Shown: piece after piece, positions 48,504 to 60,237 of the stretch | Numbering within the stretch: the first letter of the stretch is position 1 | Layout: each line of letters begins with the position of its first letter | Position numbers and translations under genes: made by a program | Notes under the pieces: model-generated | Databases searched by the model: none | Told to the model about the DNA's origin: nothing | Seen by the model: only the letters and a program-made list of their open reading frames with translations | NCBI GenBank assembly: GCA_041749375.1 | Contig: JBGTBN010000020.1 | Span: 21,828 to 85,827 of the forward strand | Source of the DNA: Spirochaetota bacterium | Lineage (GTDB): Bacteria > Spirochaetota > UBA4802 > UBA5550 | Direction of reading: 5' to 3' | Length of the DNA: 64,000 nucleotides

Positions 48504-50446
48504 CAGAGAAATTCTACGTTACCACGCCCATATACTACGTGAACGCCGAGCCCCACATCGGCCACGCGTACACCACGGTTCTCGCGGACTTCATGAGCCG
48601 CTTTTATTCCATGCTCGGGTACGACTCGTATTTCCTGACCGGCACGGACGAGCACGGCGACAAGATCGACCAGGCCGCGACGGCAAACGGCACCACGCCC
48701 CAGGAGTATGCCGACCGGATCAGCGGCATCTTCCGGAAGACCTGGACCGACCTGGGGATCGGGTTCAACGACTTCATACGCACCTCTGAGAAGCGGCACG
48801 TCGACGTGGTCCAGCGGATATTACAGAAGGTGTACGACTCGGGCGACATCTATTTCGGGAGCTACGGCGGCTTCTACTGCGTCGGGTGCGAGCGCTTCTT
48901 CACCGAGAAAGAGATGGTGAACGGCAAGTGCCCGGACCACGACCGGAAGCTCGACTACATAGAGGAAAAAAACTATTTCTTCAAGATGAGCAAATACCAG
49001 GACTGGCTTATCCAGCACATCGAGAAGAACCCGGACTTCATCAGGCCCGAGCGGTACCGCAATGAGGTCATGGCGCTCCTGAAAGGCGAGGTGCTGGAAG
49101 ACCTCTGCATCTCGCGGCCCAAGTCGCGCCTCAAGTGGGGGATCACCCTCCCCTTTGACGAGAACTACGTCACCTATGTCTGGTTCGACGCGCTCATAAA
49201 CTACATCAGCGCGATCGGCTGGCCCGATGGGGAGAAGTTCGCCGCGTACTGGCCCGCGGTGCAGCACATCATCGCCAAGGACATCGTGAAGCCCCACGGC
49301 GTGTTCTGGCCCACCATGCTCAAGGCCGCCGGCATCGAGCCGTACCGGAACCTGAACGTGCACGGGTACTGGAACATGCAGGACGCCAAGATGTCCAAGA
49401 GCCTGGGCAACGTGGTGACCCCGAAGGACCTTGTGGACCGCTACGGCAACGACCAGATCCGCTATTTCTTCCTGCGCGAAATGAGCTTCGGCAACGACGC
49501 GAAATTCAGCGAGGACGTGATCATCGACCGGATCAACTTCGACCTGGCCAACGACTGGGGCAACCTGGTGAACCGCACCGTCAACATGCTGGGCAAGTTT
49601 TTCGGCGGCGCCCTGCCGGCCTTCGACGCGTCGGAGCCGGCCGAACGGGACGATCTCATCAGCCGCTTTAAAAGCGCGTCGGCCGACTACATCGCGCATG
49701 CGCGGAAGTTCCAGACCAGCGCAGGGCTGGAAAAGCTCTGGGAGTTCATCCGCTACCTGAACAAGTATATCGACACGAACAAGCCCTGGCAGCTCGCGAA
49801 GGAGGGCAGCACTGCCCGCCTCTCCTCGGTCATGAGGAACATACTCGAGGCGATCTATAGCATAGCCGTGCTCCTGGCGCCTGCGCTGCCCGGCTCGAGC
49901 GCCTCCATCATGGCCGCGCTCGGAGGGGAAGGCAGGCCCCGCGACACTGAGAGCCTGGCCGGCTTCACTCTCCTGCACGACGGACGCGCGGTCGGGCAGC
50001 TCGGGATACTCTTCCCGCGCCTGGAGAAAAGAGCGGACACGGCCCAGCCCCGCGCGGCGGAACCGAAAAAAACCGATACAAAGAAAGGAGAGCCGGCCAT
50101 GACGGAACAGCACGAGGGCCTGGTGGACATTGCGGATTTCTCGAAAATCGACATCCGGGTTGCGAAGGTCCTGACCGCCGCGCGGATCGAGGGCTCGGAG
50201 AAGCTCCTCGAGCTCAGGGTCGACTCCGGCCTGGACGAGCGGACCATCATCGCGGGGATCGCGAAGTGGTACGACCCGGAGACGCTTCCCGGGAAAAAGA
50301 TACTGCTCGTGGCGAACCTGAAGCCCGCGACGCTGTTCAAACGGACGTCGAACGGCATGCTCCTTGCGGCGAAGGCGACAGGCTCGGACCAGCCCGTCCT
50401 CATCGTGGTGGACGACTCCATACCGGCGGGCGCGCGGCTGGGCTAG
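48500..50446 (+). CDS. metG: methionine--tRNA ligase with C-terminal tRNA-binding domain
   Basis: HIGH motif (PHIGHAYT), KMSKS, zinc knuckle C-x2-C...C-x2-H, EMAP-like C-terminus. Confidence 0.95.
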   Translation: MTEKFYVTTPIYYVNAEPHIGHAYTTVLADFMSRFYSMLGYDSYFLTGTDEHGDKIDQAATANGTTPQEYADRISGIFRKTWTDLGIGFNDFIRTSEKRHVDVVQRILQKVYDSGDIYFGSYGGFYCVGCERFFTEKEMVNGKCPDHDRKLDYIEEKNYFFKMSKYQDWLIQHIEKNPDFIRPERYRNEVMALLKGEVLEDLCISRPKSRLKWGITLPFDENYVTYVWFDALINYISAIGWPDGEKFAAYWPAVQHIIAKDIVKPHGVFWPTMLKAAGIEPYRNLNVHGYWNMQDAKMSKSLGNVVTPKDLVDRYGNDQIRYFFLREMSFGNDAKFSEDVIIDRINFDLANDWGNLVNRTVNMLGKFFGGALPAFDASEPAERDDLISRFKSASADYIAHARKFQTSAGLEKLWEFIRYLNKYIDTNKPWQLAKEGSTARLSSVMRNILEAIYSIAVLLAPALPGSSASIMAALGGEGRPRDTESLAGFTLLHDGRAVGQLGILFPRLEKRADTAQPRAAEPKKTDTKKGEPAMTEQHEGLVDIADFSKIDIRVAKVLTAARIEGSEKLLELRVDSGLDERTIIAGIAKWYDPETLPGKKILLVANLKPATLFKRTSNGMLLAAKATGSDQPVLIVVDDSIPAGARLG

Positions 50447-50449
50447 CAT

Positions 50450-50941
50450 ATGAAGATCGGCATCGTTTCCGACACCCACAACAACATCGAGATCGCGGAA
50501 AAAGCGGTCGCGATCTTCAAGAAAAACAGCGTGGACATGGTCGTGCACGCCGGGGACATCACCTCCTCGAAAATGCTCCGGCTCTTCAAGGATTTCCGCT
50601 GCCGGTTCGTTCTGGGAAACGGCGACATTGACGACGAGGCGCTGAACGAGGCGGCGAAGAAGCTCGGCTTCGGGAACATCGAGGCGTCCAGCACCTTCGA
50701 AGCCGGCGGCAAGAAGATCATCGTGTTCCACGGCAACGACGTGCCGCTCTTCCGCGCGGCCATGGCTTCCGGCGAGTACGACTACGTGATCAAGGGACAC
50801 ACCCACATGTTCGAGAACTACGTGGCAGGCAGCACCCGGGTCATCAATCCCGGCGCGCTCTACGGCACGGACGTGTTCACCGTCGCCATTCTCGACACCG
50901 ACACCGGCAAAGTAGAACGCATCCCGATCGAATCCGAGTAG
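50450..50941 (+). CDS. metallophosphoesterase (YfcE/MJ0936 family)
   Basis: DTHNN and GDIT and GH.H motifs. Confidence 0.8.
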   Translation: MKIGIVSDTHNNIEIAEKAVAIFKKNSVDMVVHAGDITSSKMLRLFKDFRCRFVLGNGDIDDEALNEAAKKLGFGNIEASSTFEAGGKKIIVFHGNDVPLFRAAMASGEYDYVIKGHTHMFENYVAGSTRVINPGALYGTDVFTVAILDTDTGKVERIPIESE

Positions 50942-51019
50942 TGCGGAGGGCCGCCTGCCGCCGTTCATAGCCCGGCCGCGTTTCACCCTGCCATTCGGAA
51001 GACCGGAAAGGAGACTGTC

Positions 51020-51577
51020 ATGCGAACGACGAAGGAAGCGGCCACCGCCCATGAAACAGCCAGTATCGTTGTCTACATCGACACCATCGACGACATCTAC
51101 TCGGATTTTGATATCCGTAAAATCGACATCAGGATACTTTCCGTGGACTTCATCAACGAGCTGCGCCTTCAGGGCAGGCACTCGGCGGACAGCCCGAAGC
51201 TTGACATCCAGATACTTGCGCCGCGGTCCATCAGGAAGCGGGAAATCACCGCGCAGGTGGAAAAAACAACCAGGCGGCGAATCCGCGACTATTTCGAGGA
51301 GGAATTCCTGAAGCTCCGCTCCGACCGCCGCAAGAACATCGCGCGGGCGATCGTCTTCCTCGTGTCCGGCCTGACCTGCTTTTTTATAACCAAGCTTGCG
51401 GCCAACGGGGATGAGCGGCACATCGTGTTCAAGATGTTCATCGAGCTTATCACCTTTTTCAGCTGGTTCGCCACCTGGAACGGCATCGACGCTTTCGGAA
51501 GCCTGCCCCGTCGCGACGAGATCCGGCTCAACCGGAAGCTCGCAGTCGCGAATGTGCACCTCAAGTTCATAAAGTGA
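51020..51577 (+). CDS. hypothetical protein with C-terminal TM segment
   Basis: 185 aa ORF, no recognised domain. Confidence 0.4.
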   Translation: MRTTKEAATAHETASIVVYIDTIDDIYSDFDIRKIDIRILSVDFINELRLQGRHSADSPKLDIQILAPRSIRKREITAQVEKTTRRRIRDYFEEEFLKLRSDRRKNIARAIVFLVSGLTCFFITKLAANGDERHIVFKMFIELITFFSWFATWNGIDAFGSLPRRDEIRLNRKLAVANVHLKFIK

Positions 51578-51753
51578 ACCGGCACGACCACACCGCGGTG
51601 AAGCCCCGGCGTTTTCCGCGGCATTCGCCGGTTGAATAAATCAATTGACAAAAGCGGCTGCCGCTGCACAATGCCCCAATATTCGATATTGTTTCCCGCT
51701 GTTTCAACCACCACGCTGTCTCAGCCGGCTTATCAACAAGGAGAAAACATTAC

Positions 51754-53013
<1,260 letters not shown>

Positions 53014-53060
53014 CATAAGCAGTCAACACAAAAGACGGCGCCCAACGGCGCCGTCTTTTT

Positions 53061-53606
53061 TTATTTCCCGTCTTCCGCCAGGAAAAACTCCACCAGCTCT
53101 GTCCTGATCGACTCCATTTCATCATCGGGAACGTCCTCGGGCCGGCCGTACCGGGCGCAGAGATCCTGGAGCTGCTCGATTTCGTTTATAAGGAGACTGT
53201 AGTAGTACCAGTCGCGCATGAGCCGGGCGGCAAACACTACCTCGCGGTCGGTCAGCTCGGTCCAGGCGGGACAGCGGAAGGCCTTGCAGGTGCCCTCGAA
53301 GAATATCTCGAACTCCTCTCCCCGGTCGCATTCTTCATAGACAAGGCAGCACACCATGCCCGGCCCGGAAGCCTGCATCCCCACGTTGGAGCACTGCAGC
53401 TCGTCCGGGAAGAGCTTCTCGGAGAGGGACACCTCCGGGTGAATAATATCGCGCTCCGGGCCGCGGCGGTCCTGGTCCATGAGCATCTCCTCGATGCTTT
53501 CACGGGGCAGGTCGTAATTGTGGCTTCCGCAGCAGAGCGAGCAGGAGGCCCCGTACCCCGGCTGGCACCTGTTTATCCTCTTTTCGCCATTCTCATACAT
53601 TGTCAA
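53061..53606 (-). CDS. cysteine-rich hypothetical protein (possible YkgJ/UPF0153-like metal-binding)
   Basis: CSLCCG and further paired Cys residues. Confidence 0.45.
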   Translation of the reverse strand: MTMYENGEKRINRCQPGYGASCSLCCGSHNYDLPRESIEEMLMDQDRRGPERDIIHPEVSLSEKLFPDELQCSNVGMQASGPGMVCCLVYEECDRGEEFEIFFEGTCKAFRCPAWTELTDREVVFAARLMRDWYYYSLLINEIEQLQDLCARYGRPEDVPDDEMESIRTELVEFFLAEDGK

Positions 53607-53808
53607 AACCTGTTATCCCCGCACGTGCATACACGCTCCAGCAGGGCCCTGTAATTATCATAGCGGCAGAATCTTCTTCATACGGCACGCGGTCAAGGTA
53701 AAATAATTAATACCGGGTAATGAAAAAATCGGGGATAGCAGGCATAAATTCATTGTCCAGGCCTATAATCAACTTGACATATTAACAAATAATTAAATAC
53801 TTTTTCAC

Positions 53809-54006
53809 ATGATAACAAGAGGCAAAAAAAACAGGGCGATACAGCCGGTTACAATAAAAACACGGGATTTCTCCGAGGCTGAACGCGCTGATATCATACA
53901 GCAGGTCAAGATGTCCCCGGAAGAGCGCCAGGAGGCTGCAAGAATATTGCGCGAGCGATACTACGGGACCGATACTCCCGACGTGAGAGACGCTTACCGG
54001 CAATGA
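53809..54006 (+). CDS. small protein (65 aa), putative partner of downstream nucleotidyltransferase
   Basis: 4-nt overlap with next gene (ATGA). Confidence 0.4.
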   Translation: MITRGKKNRAIQPVTIKTRDFSEAERADIIQQVKMSPEERQEAARILRERYYGTDTPDVRDAYRQ

Positions 54007-54485
54007 AACCCTCGCACTTTTCACGTGATACAGTGGACCTGCTCCGCCTCCTTCATGAATGCCAGGTCAGATATGTCATTGTCGGCGGGGAAGCGGTAAT
54101 CTACTACGGCCACATACGCCTCACCGGCGATATAGATATTTTCTACGATGCATCTCCTGATAATGCCGGTCATCTCTACGATGCCCTCAATACATTCTGG
54201 GACGGTACCGTTCCGGGCATTTCAGGCGCTGAAGAATTCGCGACAGCTGGAACGATTGTCCAATTCGGCACACCGCCCAACAGGATAGACCTCATAAACA
54301 GGATCGAAGGCGTCGCTTTTCCCGATGCGTGGAATTCACGGGTTGAAGATTCAATTCAAATCGATCAGAATATAATCCCGGTTTATTACATCGGGCTCGA
54401 GCTGCTCATGAAAAACAAAGAAGCTGTCGGCCGCTACAAGGATCTTGACGATCTGCAGTTCCTCCGTGAAGCATTTAAAAAATAA
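54003..54485 (+). CDS. minimal nucleotidyltransferase-fold protein
   Basis: GG.A...G ... GDIDIF pattern of Pol-beta-like NTase superfamily. Confidence 0.55.
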   Translation: MKPSHFSRDTVDLLRLLHECQVRYVIVGGEAVIYYGHIRLTGDIDIFYDASPDNAGHLYDALNTFWDGTVPGISGAEEFATAGTIVQFGTPPNRIDLINRIEGVAFPDAWNSRVEDSIQIDQNIIPVYYIGLELLMKNKEAVGRYKDLDDLQFLREAFKK

Positions 54486-54505
54486 TTAAGAGTGTGCCGC
54501 ACCCT

Positions 54506-55459
54506 TTACAAAACCCGCCCCACCAGCACCCCTATGTGCTCCTTCCCTTTTGTCCAGTGCCAGTCGTTGCGCGCGTTGAAGTAGAGGCGCGCCTCCCCGC
54601 CGCTTGCGGCGAAATCGCAGGCGTAGATATGGCTCCGCATCCAGCCCTCCGACGGAGCGAGCACCGGCCCGGGCAGAGCGTACTTCCACGAGGTCCCGTC
54701 CCCTGACTCGAGCAGGCAGATGGCGGACCCGGACCTTCCGTCCCGCCCGATATAGATGCCGTTGCGGAACGCGACGAGCCCGTCGGAACAGGGAATGACT
54801 TTCACCGAGCCGCAGCCCAGGTTGCACCAGGGGTCACGCGGGTCCGGCGACATGAGGGGTGACGGGTCGGGGGCGTACGGGCCCATGATACATTTCGCCC
54901 GCGCCAGGCCTATGTGCAGGGGCTCGTTAAAGCCGCAGTCCTCGACCCGCACGAGCGAGGCGCTATAATACAGGTGGTGCTCTGACCCTGATTTGACAAG
55001 GCACGGATTGCTCACCGAGTCGCCGTAACGCGGGTCGCTGTGCCACGCAAGCGAGGGCGAGAGGAGCGTGACCGGTTTGCTCCAGGTGACCAGGTCGCGC
55101 GAGGTCCGGGCCTCGATGCGCGAGCGCCACCGCATGGGCAGCATGGACAGGTAAATATGAAAAGCGCGGTACCGCTCGTACAGGAGAACGTACACACCGT
55201 TATCGCAAAAAATGAAGGGCCGCATCGCGTGGCGGAAGAGAAGCCGCGGCTTTTCCCACGAAAGGCCGTCATCGGATACGTAATGGTACACACCGGGGAG
55301 GGCATGCGCGAACAGGTGCCACCTGCCGTCAGGGGCCTTCTCCGGCGTGAGCACGGTCGGGTCCGCAATGACAGGAGAGAGCCCGGGCGGCGCGATCACC
55401 GGGTTGTGCTCGTAGAACCGCCAGGATATTCCGGCCATCTGTGTGCGTGCAAGGAGCAT
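54506..55459 (-). CDS. beta-propeller glycoside hydrolase-like protein (GH43/GH130/GH32 fold)
   Basis: composition and repeated WxxP/D.G blades; weak. Confidence 0.4.
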   Translation of the reverse strand: MLLARTQMAGISWRFYEHNPVIAPPGLSPVIADPTVLTPEKAPDGRWHLFAHALPGVYHYVSDDGLSWEKPRLLFRHAMRPFIFCDNGVYVLLYERYRAFHIYLSMLPMRWRSRIEARTSRDLVTWSKPVTLLSPSLAWHSDPRYGDSVSNPCLVKSGSEHHLYYSASLVRVEDCGFNEPLHIGLARAKCIMGPYAPDPSPLMSPDPRDPWCNLGCGSVKVIPCSDGLVAFRNGIYIGRDGRSGSAICLLESGDGTSWKYALPGPVLAPSEGWMRSHIYACDFAASGGEARLYFNARNDWHWTKGKEHIGVLVGRVL

Positions 55460-55506
55460 GATTAATTGTACCGAACAATCGCCGGGCTGTCAATACAAAA
55501 GCAGAG

Positions 55507-55541
55507 GCGCTTTTTTTCGCGGGGGCCGCAAAAAAAAGCGC
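55507..55541. terminator. long bidirectional hairpin GCGCTTTTTTTCGCGG-ggg-CCGCAAAAAAAAGCGC
   Basis: near-perfect 16-bp arms containing T/A runs between two minus-strand genes. Confidence 0.5.
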
Positions 55542-55588
55542 AGGCGGGGAGACCCGCCGGCGCGTGCGATACTAAATACGAGCGGATA

Positions 55589-57313
55589 CTATTTCATTAC
55601 AAACCTGATAGTGCTCAGTATATCTTCCCCTGCCGCTGGAGAGGTAGAAGTTGTATCGGTAGCGTACGCGAATCGTGATCCGTAACGGGTCGCACTTGTC
55701 TCACCATGGATAGGGTTCACTGTACCGCTGGTACCCATATCAGTGATGAGGTAAACCACCAGGTTCTTTAATGGATTATACGTGAACGAATGTGAAAGTG
55801 GTATGCTGAACCAGTCTCCACCCTTGAGCCCCGCTGGAATCAATACGGCCCCATCGTACACCGTTGTCGCGTCATCCAGATTGCTCGCAAAGGTATCGAG
55901 GGTGGATAAAGCCGTTTTATCGGTATGCCCCATGACAACATGGAAGTTGTGATACGTATCCGCGGTCGAATCGCCATACATCCGGAATCCCACTCTGGAA
56001 ATATCGCCTTGAACGCCAAGCTCTGCAGCGCGATAGACAAACTGCACCTGTGAATTGAACACATGAGTGAAGGGCATATTAATCTGGTCCGTGCCCGCTG
56101 TTATCACGTCCGAGGTGCCGCCCTTGAAGCGGAATTTGACACTGTACTGAGCGTTATCGACCGACCCCAGGACAGTGCCCGAGCCCAATGCCCTGGTATT
56201 TATCCCGGATGAATTCAATTGCAAAGATGTCACATCCGAAGCGGCAGTCACATTGATGTCCACCAGCAGGTTGTCGGTCCCGTTATAGCAAAAGGAGGCC
56301 GTGAGAGGCAGCCACAATGTCGCACCTACCGGTACACCGGCCGGCACCCTGAATACGGCGTTTTCAGCAACGGTCAACGGACTGTCCACGTTGAAATTCG
56401 CATCCCACGATGCAGCGCCCAGCTCATCCAGGCTTGTATGCCCGAGCCGCACGGTTACCGTGTAGTCGGCCCCGTCGGTCGTCGAACCGACAATAAAACC
56501 GATTCCCGTAATTTCGCCCGAGCCATTGATCAGATCCGCGAGATAGAGCATCTCGGCTCTTTGGTAATCAATATTATTAGTTAATGGATACCAGTTGGAT
56601 GCTCCCGTATGGCTTATCCTGTTGTCCCCGCCAGCGAACACGAACTGCATCCAGGGCAGCATATCATTGACTGCCCCCGCGGTCGTGGTATTATAATCCG
56701 CCGTGCCGGGAACAGTGTCGGTGTTGGCATCATATGCCCTCCTGCCGGCGGATGAATGGGTCCATGCATACACATCACCCGAGCAGGCTGTTGTTTTCTC
56801 AATATCAACGACGAGGTTGTCCACCCCATTGTAGTTGAAGGGCGTGTCAAGGGGAATATCGATCCAGGTTCCCGACGTACCCGCAGGAATTGTAACTGTC
56901 CCATTATTGAGCACCGTTAACTCAGAACCCTGGCCTGTTTCCACGTTATCGGCCCACGTCGTTGTCAGGGTAGCAAGATTGGTGTGCCCCATTTTTATCG
57001 TCATGTTCATACAGGTAACTGCCGGATCATTATCGAAGTAGCGACGCATGCGAATCGCCGTGATCATGCCGCTTCCGCCTATGTCCGATGATGTATAGAT
57101 ATATTGTGTTTTCGAATCATTCCCATTGAAAGGATAATTATTGCCGCCTGAATCTGCGGCCCCAAATTGCTTCAGAAACGTACCCGTACCGCCTCCGCCC
57201 TCTCCCAGCCCCAGCAGGGCCAGCAGGCTGTTGTTGCCGCTCAACTTATTGCACCCGGCCAGCATCGGTACGGATATGATCACAACGCATAACAATACGA
57301 GAATCTTTCTCAT
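55589..57313 (-). CDS. secreted lipoprotein with three internal repeat domains
   Basis: lipobox LAGC; three roughly 150-aa repeats each containing PAG...W..IPL...F.YN..DNLVVD. Confidence 0.6.
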   Translation of the reverse strand: MRKILVLLCVVIISVPMLAGCNKLSGNNSLLALLGLGEGGGGTGTFLKQFGAADSGGNNYPFNGNDSKTQYIYTSSDIGGSGMITAIRMRRYFDNDPAVTCMNMTIKMGHTNLATLTTTWADNVETGQGSELTVLNNGTVTIPAGTSGTWIDIPLDTPFNYNGVDNLVVDIEKTTACSGDVYAWTHSSAGRRAYDANTDTVPGTADYNTTTAGAVNDMLPWMQFVFAGGDNRISHTGASNWYPLTNNIDYQRAEMLYLADLINGSGEITGIGFIVGSTTDGADYTVTVRLGHTSLDELGAASWDANFNVDSPLTVAENAVFRVPAGVPVGATLWLPLTASFCYNGTDNLLVDINVTAASDVTSLQLNSSGINTRALGSGTVLGSVDNAQYSVKFRFKGGTSDVITAGTDQINMPFTHVFNSQVQFVYRAAELGVQGDISRVGFRMYGDSTADTYHNFHVVMGHTDKTALSTLDTFASNLDDATTVYDGAVLIPAGLKGGDWFSIPLSHSFTYNPLKNLVVYLITDMGTSGTVNPIHGETSATRYGSRFAYATDTTSTSPAAGEDILSTIRFVMK

Positions 57314-57651
57314 GTTCCCTCCAAACATTTTCTGTTGCCTCGCGAAACGTTTTCGCACGGCAATTGAAATAAAGATTTGATGTATAGAGCCATTTATTTA
57401 TAAAATAATGCTTCCTGTCAAGAAATATCTTATAACAGCGTATGTATGATCCTGCACGAAATTAAAACCTCCGGTATAAGGATTTGCGCGGCAATTGTCC
57501 GCCCTGTTTCCTGTGCTACAGAAATCGCGCGCCATGGCTCACATCAGGCCGGAACCACACGTGTTCCCGTTAATAAACGAATACCGACGAAAAACTGCTT
57601 GCCCGAATTCTCCGGCTTACTATTGTTGATGGCATTGCATATCAATAAATA

Positions 57652-58764
57652 ATGCTCACAGGGGGGGTACATCCGATGTCCCAACAACTATGGCTCGACG
57701 CAGCGAACGCGGTGGTACGCGCGGGCATGATCCCGCTGCCCGTCACTGAAACGATCATGGATCTATTGAAGACGATGATGACGCAGGAGCAGGCCGCGTT
57801 CCTTCCCAACTTCGCCGGCCCCATGAACATGGGACAGCTCCGCCAGAAAACCGGGTGGGAGGAGCCGGCACTCGCGCTCATGCTGGGCGGCCTCATGGAC
57901 AACGGCATCATTACCGGAACGCGGAGCAAGGGCTCCGGCGCTCTCGTTTACCGGCTCATGGGGCCCTTCCCCGGCATGTTCGAGTTCACCATGATGCGGG
58001 GCGAGACCGGCGAGAAGCAGAAAAAGCTGGCGCGGCTCTTTGACCGCATGTTCGACGAGCTCTCCGGCATGGTGCGGGCCAACTACGATGCGATCATCCC
58101 CGCGTTCCGCGCCTTCCCGCCGGTGGCCCGCGTGGTCCCGCTCAGGACCGAGATCGACCCGGCGAAGGACGCGGTCCTTCCCGCGGACGAGGTCAACCGC
58201 ATCGTGGAGAAGTTCGACACGATCGCCGTGACCACCTGCTACTGCCGCCACGAAAAGGAGCTCCTGGGCGAGCCCTGCGCAGTCACCTCGAACAAGGAGA
58301 ACTGCCTGATGTTCGGGAAAATCGCGCAGTTCGCGATGGAGCACCGCTTCGCCCGCGCCATCACCAGAGAGGATGCAATCCGAATTCTGCGCGAATCCGA
58401 GGAAGAGGGACTGGTGCACAAGGCCTTTCACGTGAACCTGGACCCGGACCGGGAGGAGGAGGCGATCTGCAACTGCTGCAAGTGCTGCTGCGGAACCTTC
58501 CAGATGTACTACAAGGGCGCGGCCCCGCTCCACAACCAGTCATCGTACCTGGCGGTCGTGGACGAAGACGCCTGTACCGCCTGCGGCCTGTGCGCGGAAA
58601 AATGCCCCATGGAGGCGATCGACCTGCCCGGGGACACCGCCGTGATCGACGAGGCAAAGTGCATCGGGTGCGGCGTTTGCGGGGCCCAGTGCACCATGAA
58701 CGCTATCCGGCTCGAGAGTACCGGCCCCCGGAAGGTGTTCGTGCCGCCTGCGCGGAAGGGGTGA
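57652..58764 (+). CDS. 4Fe-4S dicluster domain-containing protein
   Basis: C-terminal CTACGLCAEKCP and CIGCGVCGAQC motifs plus upstream Cys cluster CNCCKCCCG. Confidence 0.6.
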   Translation: MLTGGVHPMSQQLWLDAANAVVRAGMIPLPVTETIMDLLKTMMTQEQAAFLPNFAGPMNMGQLRQKTGWEEPALALMLGGLMDNGIITGTRSKGSGALVYRLMGPFPGMFEFTMMRGETGEKQKKLARLFDRMFDELSGMVRANYDAIIPAFRAFPPVARVVPLRTEIDPAKDAVLPADEVNRIVEKFDTIAVTTCYCRHEKELLGEPCAVTSNKENCLMFGKIAQFAMEHRFARAITREDAIRILRESEEEGLVHKAFHVNLDPDREEEAICNCCKCCCGTFQMYYKGAAPLHNQSSYLAVVDEDACTACGLCAEKCPMEAIDLPGDTAVIDEAKCIGCGVCGAQCTMNAIRLESTGPRKVFVPPARKG

Positions 58765-58789
58765 TGCTGGCGGAGCGGCGTCAGGTGCA

Positions 58790-59161
58790 TTATTGGTATA
58801 GATGCTTTTTGTCAAGCATCGGATAATGCTTCACGTTTAATGTCCACAACAGCATGCCCTCGCACACCACAGACGCGGCGATGAGCGCATCCGCCAGTGT
58901 TACCGCATGGGATTTCCCGTATTGTTTGAGGTAATGCCCTGCATACATTCCCTCGCTGAATCCCGGCCTGTGAAGCTTCAGTGCGGATAAAAAAACGCCG
59001 GTGGTTTCCTTTTCCGTTTCCCTGGCCCCGGCGAAAACCTCGGCGGTCTGGACGGGAGTAATAAACAAATCGCCCGACTCGCTGACGGCAAGGTTTTTAA
59101 ACTGATCGCGATACAGCTCCTTTCCGCGCAGGATCCATATCAGTATATCAGTATCTATCAT
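58790..59161 (-). CDS. vapC: PIN-domain toxin
   Basis: MIDTDILI N-terminus with conserved Asp residues; 4-nt overlap with upstream antitoxin gene. Confidence 0.8.
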   Translation of the reverse strand: MIDTDILIWILRGKELYRDQFKNLAVSESGDLFITPVQTAEVFAGARETEKETTGVFLSALKLHRPGFSEGMYAGHYLKQYGKSHAVTLADALIAASVVCEGMLLWTLNVKHYPMLDKKHLYQ

Positions 59162-59163
59162 TA

Positions 59164-59397
59164 TCACGGCGTTCTGTCCCTGCGGAGATTCCGGATATCG
59201 CGTTCCACATCGGAGGTCCGGTTCTTCCATGAACCGAACGCTTCGTCGACGCCGGCAAGGATACGGCCGACGCTGTTTTTTTCCCGGGCACGTATACTTT
59301 CCCGTATGATCTCGGAAATTGATTTTCCGGTTTTTTTACTTTCTTTTTTAAGCTGTTTCACTGTTTCCTCTGCAAGGTATATCTGTGTTCTTTTCAT
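59164..59397 (-). CDS. vapB: antitoxin of VapBC pair
   Basis: 77-aa, N-terminal RTQIYLAEETVKQL DNA-binding-like segment; operonic with vapC. Confidence 0.65.
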   Translation of the reverse strand: MKRTQIYLAEETVKQLKKESKKTGKSISEIIRESIRAREKNSVGRILAGVDEAFGSWKNRTSDVERDIRNLRRDRTP

Positions 59398-59655
59398 GAC
59401 GACCCCTGATGGTGTATATATACATTATATATCGCCACCAGGCCCATGTAAAGATTTTTTTGCCATTATCGTGATGAATCCCGATTCATCGGTGAATACA
59501 GCATTGATAACTAACCGGGAACATCCCGTACCCATCATACGTGATTAATACGATCAGGACCGCATATTAATGAAATTTTTTACCCGCAAACCGCTAATAT
59601 AATTGACTGACCAAAAATAAATTCCGATTTTACACCATATATGGCATTTAAATAC

Positions 59656-59829
59656 GAGATAGCCCAATGAGCACCGTAACAGTATCCACGAAATACCGGA
59701 TCGTAATACCGAAAGCCGTGCGCGGCAGGCTTGGCATAGAAGCTGGTCAGAAATTCCAGGTCATCGGGTATGATGGAAGGATAGAGCTAATCCCAGCGAA
59801 GGACATAAAGACTATGCGGGGGGCTTCGC
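59656..59829 (+). CDS. AbrB/MazE (SpoVT-AbrB) family antitoxin-like protein, orphan
   Basis: 58 aa (below ORF-track cutoff); YRIVIPKAVRGRLGIEAGQKFQVIGYDGRIELIP swapped-hairpin motif. Confidence 0.6.
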
Positions 59830-59973
59830 ACGGGGCATAACGAGTGTGCTCAGACGCGAGCAAGACAGGATATGAGCCCTGGTCAATCCATCCGGATAGC
59901 CGGAACAAATCAAGGCGAAAAAAACAAATAAAGTGGTTGACTTCGGGTATAATTTTGGTATAATTAGTATACC

Positions 59974-60237
59974 ATGAAATGGGAATTCAATCCGCTGAAA
60001 AGCGCCGGCAACAAGAAAAAGCACGGGATTGATTTTAACGAGGCGCAGATGCTCTGGGATGACCCTGATGTTCTGGAAATCCCCCTGCGCACAAGCGATG
60101 AGGCGCGATTCATGGTGATAGGAAAAATTTCAGGAAAATTCTGGTCTGGCATTATCACGTACAGGAAAGAAAAGATCAGAATAATCTCGTTTCGGAGATC
60201 CAGGAAAGAAGAGGTTAACCTTTATGAAAGCACGTGA
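59974..60237 (+). CDS. brnT: BrnT family ribonuclease toxin (DUF497)
   Basis: MKWEFNPLKSAGNKKKHGIDF...IISFRRSRKEE. Confidence 0.8.
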   Translation: MKWEFNPLKSAGNKKKHGIDFNEAQMLWDDPDVLEIPLRTSDEARFMVIGKISGKFWSGIITYRKEKIRIISFRRSRKEEVNLYEST

